DNA of 64,000 nt. It comes from Cyanidioschyzon merolae (taxonomy: Eukaryota). The stretch lies in assembly GCA_000091205.1 (NCBI GenBank), contig AP006499.2; one strand, written 5' to 3'. This document shows, piece by piece, positions 55,993 to 64,000 of the stretch (position 1 is the stretch's first letter; each line of letters starts with the position of its first letter). A model generated the notes under the pieces. It ran no database searches. It saw only the letters and a list, made by a program, of their open reading frames with translations, and was not told the DNA's origin. The translations under genes were made by a program, and so were the position numbers.

Positions 55993-58014
55993 TTATAGAT
56001 CGATATCAAAGTGAACCGTGGGTTGCCAGCGAAACAGGGGCACCTTCCCGTGTCCCTCTTGTTCCGCAAGATCCGCGTCGTTGCAAATACTCGCGTTGAA
56101 CGTGTGTGGACCGCGAGAAGTGCTCGCGATGAGCTGAAAGTTCCCGTATCCACGTGGACGTAAGGCGGTATTCAAACCGAAACCGATGACAACACCGCGC
56201 TGTTTTGACGGCGGTGCCATAGCCCGTTTCTCCATCCGCGTCATGGCCTGAAGCTGGGCAGTCGGCGAGTCCCGGTATTTGTTCGCTGCCTCGAGCAAAG
56301 TGTTCTGCAGATCTGTTCGGCTGCTACGATACGAGAGTCGCATGCTGGGTACCAGTAGTTCTTCGGCTTTTCGATTGAAAAATTCATCCATCCTCCGAAC
56401 GAGGAACTGACACTCGAACTCGCTGACCATGCCGCTCCGATCTGCGATGAGGGCGAGCATCTGGTCTCGGAAACGGGTCATTGTTTGATTCTGTAGCAGC
56501 TGGATTTGTCGATTGAAAAGCGCTCGGATATGATTCTGAAGTGTCGACACGAGCTCGTGGCGTTTGCGGTTCCGAACGAGCGATGCGCTGCTACTGGTCA
56601 AGGCACTTGTTTCGGAGTCGTACTTTTCGCCGGTGGTCGTCAACAGTTCTTGGGCCTTACTCCCGAAACCATCCACCAACTTGCCGCTGTCGACCTGGTT
56701 GTACCACTTGGATATTTGCTCTAACGCTGAGCGGAGCAGGCGATCGTAGACGACTCCGCAACGATGCGCTGCTACTAGTTCCGCGTAGTCTGGCAGGCCT
56801 CCTTCCTTGGGCTCAATGAGTTCTCTCCATACCATGTCCACGTACGTCGCAAATCCTTCCACCGGTAGCTCCTTGGAGTAACGGGGCGCCAGTAGGTTTT
56901 GGTAGATTTCTGCTGCGTCCGCGGACGAGCTGCTCTGCGGCCAGAGCACTGCGCCAGTGGCACCCCTGCCGGTGAGAAAGCGGCTCCGAAGCGCATCGAT
57001 CGCCTTGTTGTACGCCTCCGCCCGATAGCGGCGATGCGGAAGCGAGATAACTTCGATATCAAAGTGATCCCCAATGCGTGCATCGCGGTATTCAACTGGC
57101 TTCTCCACCTGAGTTGCCCATACAGCCTCGAGGTCACGCTCAATAATCGCAGCGATTGCCTCGAGAGGCGACCCATCATCGTGATCGTGGACGATGAATA
57201 AGATTTTGCTCCTAGCAGGCGATTCCTTCGTGAAGAGCTTCAGATGCTCACTAAATATGGTCCTTATGAGGGGCACATATCCAGAGGCCTCGGCTCGACC
57301 GATGTCTGCGTACCAAACGTTCACCAGCATCACATCCGATATCGTCGTTGCCAGCATCGCCACGCGTATCGCTCGTGGAACCGTCAGTTGGAGTGCGCGT
57401 TCACGAGCGCCAGCCCCGGCGTGATCGGCAGCGTTGGCGCTGTCTCCGCGGCGCCCAGTGAGCCTTGCTCGGGACTCCGCTTCGACGAGGAGTGCCTCAG
57501 CTTCGGCGTCTTCGAGCTCTGCAGTTTCCTCGGTTTCTCGGCCGTCGATTCCTTCTGAATCAAGAAGCAGCAGCCACGGCGCTTGAGGGCCGGCAACGCT
57601 GCAAAAACAACCACGAGTACCGCGAGCGTGTCGCGCAAATGTCCGTCCTGTCGCAAAACGGGTCCCAAAGAGGTCGTTCAAAAGCGCCGACTTGCCACTG
57701 CCCCGTGGTCCGAGACTCGTCACCACTGCGAGTTCGCGCTGTCCTAAGAAGCCGGCCTCGTTGCCGGCGACATTATTTGCGGTTAACTCGGCATCTAGAG
57801 GCCGTACGTTCAGAGATATCCAGTCGCCAAGCGCAGGATTCAGCTCCCCCTGCGTGCTGATCATGTGAAGCGGCGCAGTCGCCCCGCTCGCGACACCCGC
57901 ACTTGCCATAGTCAGCGGCTTGTGTTGCGTTCTCGGTGAATCGCACTGTAGAAGTTTGACGCAGCACCGGTCCTCTCGGCAGGTGTTTCTATCGCTGGCA
58001 CGTGCCGAGCACAC
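55993..58014 (-). CDS. SEY1: Sey1/RHD3 (root hair defective 3) atlastin-like dynamin-family GTPase
   Basis: 'VVTSLGPRGSGKSALLNDLFGTRF' (GxxxxGKS P-loop in an RHD3 context) and a long helical middle domain. Confidence 0.7.
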   Translation of the reverse strand: MCSARASDRNTCREDRCCVKLLQCDSPRTQHKPLTMASAGVASGATAPLHMISTQGELNPALGDWISLNVRPLDAELTANNVAGNEAGFLGQRELAVVTSLGPRGSGKSALLNDLFGTRFATGRTFARHARGTRGCFCSVAGPQAPWLLLLDSEGIDGRETEETAELEDAEAEALLVEAESRARLTGRRGDSANAADHAGAGARERALQLTVPRAIRVAMLATTISDVMLVNVWYADIGRAEASGYVPLIRTIFSEHLKLFTKESPARSKILFIVHDHDDGSPLEAIAAIIERDLEAVWATQVEKPVEYRDARIGDHFDIEVISLPHRRYRAEAYNKAIDALRSRFLTGRGATGAVLWPQSSSSADAAEIYQNLLAPRYSKELPVEGFATYVDMVWRELIEPKEGGLPDYAELVAAHRCGVVYDRLLRSALEQISKWYNQVDSGKLVDGFGSKAQELLTTTGEKYDSETSALTSSSASLVRNRKRHELVSTLQNHIRALFNRQIQLLQNQTMTRFRDQMLALIADRSGMVSEFECQFLVRRMDEFFNRKAEELLVPSMRLSYRSSRTDLQNTLLEAANKYRDSPTAQLQAMTRMEKRAMAPPSKQRGVVIGFGLNTALRPRGYGNFQLIASTSRGPHTFNASICNDADLAEQEGHGKVPLFRWQPTVHFDIDL

Positions 58015-58057
58015 CAGGAACAGTGCAACGCGCTAGACTAGGTAGGACAGACGGCGC

Positions 58058-58090
58058 ACTGCTGCTGCTGCTGCTGCTGTTGCTGTTGCC
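58058..58090. repeat. (CTG)n microsatellite just upstream of SEY1 start
   Basis: 'ctgctgctgctgctgctgctgttgctgttgcc'. Confidence 0.9.
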
Positions 58091-59307
58091 TACAATCGCT
58101 GTGCCGGGCGGCGTACGCAGCCGTGTAGGAGCAGCAGCAGCAGCGCCTTTCGCTCGACTGATGCTCACCGAGCGCCGGCGGCGCCGCGGGCGAGGCGTAC
58201 CGTCGCCGCCGCGGTCCATCACCTCAGAATCTGTACTAATCTGTCCATCCGCATTCGTGCGCTTGGAGCGCCGCTCAAGCGGCAGTGTGCTGTTCCATGA
58301 CGGGCATGGCGCTTGGCACCGGCGGGATCGCTTGAACGAGCCGTTACCCCCCCAGGAGATGAGTCGCTGATGGTTGATCAGACCTGGAGAATCTGGTATG
58401 GCATGACCGGTGCTTTTCCTAGTGGCGATTGGAAACGTGCAACTGGGATCATTGTTTAGACGTACCGATCCCAGAAGAGAAAAATGGGATACAGAGTCTC
58501 GGTGTTAGCGCAAGAACCTGCTGAAACCGAGTACGAACTCGTTGTGCAACGGCTTGTCGTAGAGCGTCCCGCGCTCCATGGTCGCATCCTGCGAGGCTGT
58601 AGTCGACCTAGACTTCTCGACACGCTGGGATTTTCTGTGAATAAGAACTTTATCTATCCACGATGCGGAACGAAGGGATTCGCTGCGCTTTGCGGGTACG
58701 GACACTTCCGCTGTACACGTCCAGTCTAAGAGCGGACTCAAGTTCCATGTGGGAAGCCTCAAACTGCGTCGTTATCGCACCTTTCCAAGGCGGGCGGCAA
58801 ATCCTCAATTCGCATGTTCCATCACATCGGATGACCCGAGCGTCTATGGGCGTCCTCATACACTGGCTGCACTCACGGTTCCCGGTCAATGATCGTAGTG
58901 TGCTATCTCGAGTAGCGGGATCCGAAACCCCTGACGCGCGCACACGTGCATCTCTGTGTCGGGCGTACGCAAGTCCACCAGCGCCTCCAATGGTTATGCC
59001 GATTCCGATGTGTTATGCCATGTTGGACGCGTCTCCGGTACACTGGATGGCTGGCGCGCTCGCGAAACGGCCCCAGGAATGGTGGTGGTCGAGGACCCCG
59101 CTCTCGTTTAGGAGACGAGTCATGATATGAGGCGATAGGCGACAACATACCGCTCGGACGGTGTCTCCGAGGTGCGCCCCGTGAAAACATGCCTCTCCAA
59201 AGTGACGGGAGCGATCTCGTAGAGAGATATCTATCAGCAACACGCGGGTTTCAATGCATGGTCTGCAAAGCGAGGCAGCAAGCAGGCACAAACACCATCC
59301 CGAGCGA

Positions 59308-59610
59308 CTATGGCCGCGGTGGAAGCGTTGACGTTGGACCCGCTAAACCAGGACCCATACCGCCGGGCATTGTACCCTGACCCGGCAGTTCGTCCTCAAA
59401 CCCTTCGTGGCGCTTATCATTCCAGGCATAGCGCAGAGACTTTTCTATGAGATCTACGTGCGTCAGGAGCATTCGCCGACAGCAGTATCGCTTCAGCCCC
59501 AGGGCGTCAAGCGCCTCTGCTTCTGTTTTCTCTCGCAGTAACTGGAGATAGGGTTCCCACTTATCACCTATAACCTTTCCACACGTAAAACACCGCACTG
59601 GTATGATCAT
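59308..59610 (-). CDS. RPB10: DNA-directed RNA polymerases I/II/III subunit RPABC5 (RPB10)
   Basis: '[25 protein letters not shown]...[27 protein letters not shown]'. Confidence 0.75.
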   Translation of the reverse strand: MIIPVRCFTCGKVIGDKWEPYLQLLREKTEAEALDALGLKRYCCRRMLLTHVDLIEKSLRYAWNDKRHEGFEDELPGQGTMPGGMGPGLAGPTSTLPPRP

Positions 59611-60940
59611 CGCGTTCAGCGCGCAGCGTCTACGCGTGAACGTGCCGAGGTACCCGCGCTCTACGATGCTCCCTCACGACCAAGCTTCACCTTCAGAAGC
59701 GATCCTTGGTTGATTTGGAGTAGACTTGTCCCCGTTTATGAGCTCTTTGCTGTCAAAGAGCGCGCACAGACGCAAGTCAAACAGAAAGCTCTCGATGATC
59801 TGGTGTTCACGCGATAGCGAATAGCGCCAGAACGCCAGCGAGAACGCGCACACGAATCCAGCGCTAACTCTGGTGGAGCGCGGAGCGTTTGCGCCCCCTC
59901 TGAAACAGTGGACTTTCTTTCATAGTGCAAGACGACTTTCGCGTTCCTGGGTGTATCTGGTCTAGAGCAATGGATTTTAGACGAGAACGAATATTGGCTG
60001 TGGGAGCTTCGGCCCAGTTTTGCTCCAGCGCAAACGCTGAACTCCGGGCGAAGCATGGATGTCCCAGCGCTACGACGCGTGCGTTAGAGCAGCGTCCGCA
60101 TCGACATGCATCAGAGCGTTCTCGAAACCCATGCAACACTAAAAACTCGTTGCATCGAGTACGTAAAACAAAACCGCTTGAATCCGAGACAATGCAGCAG
60201 TGATACATCGGCCTTGAGTCTCGATTGTTGGAGAAGATACGAGGGCGTGCTCGCTGGGTGTACTCGGATGGTAACAAGGGCGGTTTCGCGGCTCAGGGCG
60301 GACGCCTCGACAGCAAGGGCCATTACGGACGCACGCTGCAGCGTATCCTGGTACACCCATATCAGACTGAAAAAGGGACGGGTTCTACCGAGTTGAATCG
60401 GGCGTACGCGCTCAAGTTCGGGTCCGTTCCCGTTATCATGAAGACCAGTCATTGTGGGCTTTCTCTGTAATCGCTTCCCTTTCGTTCATCCTATATCAGA
60501 GCTTTAGAACGCTCTACTCTTGTTTAACCACAACTCCGTCATCAACAGTGAAAAGATGTTGCGTAGAGCGTACAAGCTCTGATTTAGACGCTTCCGCCGG
60601 TTTCCGACGTATTTCATACACAGGCGGATGCCGCCATCGCCGCATCGCCTGGCGCTTCCGACTTGTCTGCTCCTACAAACTCAGTGCGCCCTTCGCAGGG
60701 GTACCTCTCGGGTTTTATCTACTGTTCCCATTTATCCAACAAAATTCCTCCTCCGAGTGCAGCCCCGTGGCACGACAGAGCTTGCTTCATCGCTCGGTAG
60801 ATGCTCTTGAAGCGTACGCGATGCTCGCTTAATGCATTGGTACGTTTACGCACCATGTGCCGTACTGACAATCATGGGCTGCTGGTTCTGAGCGAGCCCA
60901 TCGAAGGCCGTTCTGTTCGCTGCACGTGCAGGCGGACACT

Positions 60941-61465
60941 TTACCATTCCATAGATGATTTTTTGAACGCGATGTCGTCCATGATAATTCGAGTCCTTGA
61001 ATGAAAATCCAGGTTGGAAAACGAGAATTCGAGAAATTTCGATGCTTCTACGCTCGCATCGTGCAAAGCAGCGACGCACCCTCCACTGAAAGCAATTGCT
61101 AAGGTTGCTCGAGCTTGAGCCAAAAATCCGTTTCCATCCAAATAGAAGAGACGGGAATCTCCAGAAGCATATCTCACGAGAACGATCATGCCGCTGTCGA
61201 GTACCAATTCCTTGATGTCTCGCATGGAGTTAGTGTGCGCCTTTCGAACGAACTCGATTGCTTGATGTGACAAGTTCAGCGAACTTTCGGCACGAGCGTA
61301 GGAGCAAGTCCTCGAAGTACGACGTCGAGTTTTCTTCTCTCCGGTCCAGTGGCGCGCCTTGTGGCGCTCGCAAGCTGTTGTAGAAAATGCGAAAGCTTGA
61401 TGCATGTGTGATTTGAGCATGCTTCTCGTCATGAAAAGAGAAGCATCGAGACCTTTACACATCAA
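60941..61465 (-). CDS. Possible roadblock/LC7-fold protein (LAMTOR/dynein light chain-like); weak
   Basis: 'ELVLDSGMIVLVRYASGDSRLFYLDGNGFLAQARATLAIAFSGG' resembles the roadblock pattern. Confidence 0.2.
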   Translation of the reverse strand: MMCKGLDASLFMTRSMLKSHMHQAFAFSTTACERHKARHWTGEKKTRRRTSRTCSYARAESSLNLSHQAIEFVRKAHTNSMRDIKELVLDSGMIVLVRYASGDSRLFYLDGNGFLAQARATLAIAFSGGCVAALHDASVEASKFLEFSFSNLDFHSRTRIIMDDIAFKKSSMEW

Positions 61466-61959
61466 CCGGATATCGATATCGGCTGCTTTACGAACCTTTG
61501 CTCGAGGGCGTGGCGAATCATCTTGATTCCGGCAACGACCATGAACTCCAGCGGCGAAGAATCGAGTGCGCCACTATGAAAAAAAACACCAAGAAGCCGA
61601 AAACCACGTGTGCACTCGTGCGCCCTTATTGCTGTTCTTGGAATACCGAGGCTGCGCATCCAAAAAAGCGGAAAAAAAATCGAAAGGCAGGAACAGAGCG
61701 AGCAGTTCAGGGTTCCGTTTCAGTCTGAAACTGATGTTTGCGTACAGGGCCGAGCACCGCGCCGTTGCCGCAGTTGCTTGGCGCTCCGCATAGCGCTGGA
61801 CTCGACAGGGACCATTCGCCACTGGACAGCGTGGTTTTCGATAAACGTGCGGCAAGCATTGCGGAGACACCGTGGAAAACCGAGACCGCTCCCGGAGCTT
61901 GGCATGCGGCAAATTCAAACCCATGCTGACCGGTTGCCGCTGCCAGTGGCAAACGTCAT

Positions 61960-63093
61960 CTATTCGGTGCCCGCCGGTGAAGTTGCAGAGCTTGTGCCGG
62001 TCCGGATGCGTTTCCGTGGTCGCGCAGACGGGGCAAGTTCCAGCGTTTCCAGACTCTGACGCGGCAGGTAAACTTTTCCGACCTTGGACAATCGGGCTGG
62101 ATCATATTTCACGTTCTTCTCACGACGTGGTAGCGTAGAGCCGGCAGCTGCACGCAGTTGCTCCTGCGTGGGCATTGTTTGACGCATCAGCGCATCACTC
62201 GCAAAGCGAGTACGACGCACTCGCCAATCCATCCACGGCATGGCGGGTTCGAGTCGTACCAGCGGCAGGCGCACGTCGCCCTCGGCTCGTTTCTTCAGTC
62301 GCACAAGATAGTGTCGAAACAGAATGCGCAGATCCCCGCATCCATCCGACTCAACGGTTTCCAATACGCTTCTAGGCGGCGACTGCGCCACCAGTACGAT
62401 CACTTGATCGATGCCAGCAAGGTTCACCTCTTCCAAATCGTAAGCCCGGAAAAAGTCCAGAAACAAGTTCCGCAGTCGCTCGCCGTGGGGTACTTTCGCC
62501 CATGCATCGCCCAGGAAACACAAGCAAGGTTTCGACCCTATGGAGCCAGCGCGTTTTGGGGCCTCAGTGTCCTGTTCCGGGGTTTTCAGTGACTCGACGC
62601 CTACTTCGATCATGTCCAGCACCCGACCGTCGAAACTTCGGCCAAGCACGAGGCCATGCGGACGCTTTTTAGCGTGCGTGGCGATCGCGAACAAGGAGCA
62701 GTCATTTCTCTGTAATAAGAACTCTAACGGGCCCTCACCGCCGAGCTCGAAAGGACGCACTTCGTTCCGCTTCCTTAGAACAGTTACCAGAGGTGCTTTG
62801 AGCCGCGCTAGCGAACGAAGAGCGCCAATCGCTACCTGCGAAGTCTTGCTTGCTCGCAGGACAAGCAGCCTTTTCGGGTTTTCCTCGAGTTTCGGTTCTC
62901 GCTTTTGGAGGGCACGCTTACCCGCCCTCGTGCGCGGTTTTGTTGTTGACGACATGGACAACGTCTGGGGCAAGGCGCAGCACGAAACGAAGCGATAGGT
63001 TGATGACCGATCGACGGGAGGCGACGCTACGCGTGCTGCGCAAGCGAGTCCAGCATCATATGTCTTTATGGAATACGTGCGCTGTGGACCCAT
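61960..63093 (-). CDS. RPF2: Ribosome production factor 2 (Brix-domain protein)
   Basis: 'KPRTRAGKRALQKREPKLEENPKRLLVLRASKTSQ' N-terminus followed by a Brix-domain-like core. Confidence 0.6.
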   Translation of the reverse strand: MGPQRTYSIKTYDAGLACAARVASPPVDRSSTYRFVSCCALPQTLSMSSTTKPRTRAGKRALQKREPKLEENPKRLLVLRASKTSQVAIGALRSLARLKAPLVTVLRKRNEVRPFELGGEGPLEFLLQRNDCSLFAIATHAKKRPHGLVLGRSFDGRVLDMIEVGVESLKTPEQDTEAPKRAGSIGSKPCLCFLGDAWAKVPHGERLRNLFLDFFRAYDLEEVNLAGIDQVIVLVAQSPPRSVLETVESDGCGDLRILFRHYLVRLKKRAEGDVRLPLVRLEPAMPWMDWRVRRTRFASDALMRQTMPTQEQLRAAAGSTLPRREKNVKYDPARLSKVGKVYLPRQSLETLELAPSARPRKRIRTGTSSATSPAGTE

Positions 63094-64000
63094 TTTCTCT
63101 CCGACGATAAAACGTTTCCATGGACAATGGGTCCCAGATTGTGAGATGGATAATGATTATCGAAAGAGCGTCCATCATGACGCACTTACCTCCGAGTTCC
63201 ATTACCTATACTTGCTTCCAGATGTACTGGTCGTTTCGTATGTCCTATCGGTCACAGAGTACCTGCTTTGGGCGCCTGCGGTAGCGCTTATATATCGCTG
63301 ATGCCGATGCATCACGGAGACAGAACAGCGTTGCCATACCGTTGAGTTCGCTCGGGCGTACTGTGAAATGTTTGGCTCCCTTCCCAGTGTCATCAATACC
63401 AACCTTTGCAGGCTTTTTCTGTGACCGTTTCCCGTCGCTTTCTCTTATCCCTGGCTTGACATGCACCAGTCTCGCCTTTCTATCAAGAACAGCTGTCCAG
63501 TGTCGAAGGACGTTGATCACAGCGTTCAATGGCCGACTTGCCGCTTCAGGCTGTTGTCGACGCATACCATGCACAGGTGAACGTTGCGATCTATGCTTCG
63601 CTTGCGATTTTCATCTTCCATGGATAGAGCTTCGGTTGCCCTGTCGCAGATTTGGCACGTCCGTGTAATCGGATGTTCGCATATGTCCACCACACCGCAT
63701 CCTCCGAGGTGCACCCTGTTTCACGTGAACACTCGCGTCGTCGCTCGCTACGTACCCGTGACGAATACGAGAAATCGTCTCGATGCCTTCCTCCATCTAC
63801 GCGCTCGGTGCAGTACCCTGGAATCACGGGCTTCTTCTGTGCGATCCAACTGCCGCTGCTCTGGCTGTTGCAAGCACGTGTTGTACTATTCTATAACGGA
63901 CTTATCGAAGACGATGTATTCAACGACGAAACTATTACTTGAAGCAAAATCAAGGCTGGACAAGAAGGCAGGGAACCTCGATCTGTCCATGGTCGCTTCG

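Noticed and set aside
55111-56153. Long overlapping minus-strand ORFs (292 aa and 252 aa) upstream of SEY1
   Set aside because: Arg/Ala/Ser-rich, mutually overlapping in different frames, no motifs. GC-rich non-coding sequence.
1-64000. Prokaryotic origin of the window, suggested by TnpB-like, ClpP, GalT, FolC and SpeA-like genes
   Set aside because: Clear eukaryote-specific genes are present: Aurora kinase, MAPK, AP-3 delta, RPB10, eS21, exosome RRP45, Sey1 and ALG7. There is a tRNA with a canonical 37/38 intron and no Shine-Dalgarno-style operon organisation. The window is eukaryotic nuclear DNA.

Overview
This 64-kb window is GC-rich, gene-dense eukaryotic nuclear DNA. About 20 mostly intron-free housekeeping genes lie on both strands. 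These include AP-3 delta adaptin, GALT, FPGS, exosome RRP45, UBE2W, a MAP kinase, a GRAM/VASt protein, TruA-type pseudouridine synthase, ALG7, Aurora kinase, ClpP, WDR82, RPS21, RIB7, Sey1/RHD3, RPB10 and RPF2. A bacterial-type Orn/Lys/Arg decarboxylase is also present. The organism cannot be named from sequence alone; compact GC-rich protist or stramenopile-like genomes fit best.

The most notable content is a multi-copy family of TnpB/Fanzor-like RuvC nuclease genes on the minus strand. TnpB and Fanzor are transposon-borne RNA-guided endonucleases found in prokaryotes and eukaryotes respectively. One near-intact copy (21704-24265) has an N-terminal basic NLS-like segment and the motifs for the three RuvC catalytic segments: a DPG RuvC-I motif, an HCCH zinc ribbon, and an 'RDFNAAIHI' RuvC-III motif. 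It also carries an in-frame 75-nt x5 internal tandem duplication and probable introns. It sits in an AT-richer island next to a degenerate tandem copy (about 17830-20560). Three further degenerate fragments lie near 13.3 kb, 28.1-28.8 kb and 41.1-41.45 kb, all in the same orientation.

Other notable features: an ~82-bp dispersed element with a perfect 13-bp target-site duplication (40431-40512, second copy at about 12205); an 88-nt x~9 tandem array upstream of GALT; a 109-nt x5 satellite; a 91-nt x2 hairpin-rich repeat; and an intron-containing tRNA-Ser(CGA) whose 3' part overlaps the annotated ClpP start.
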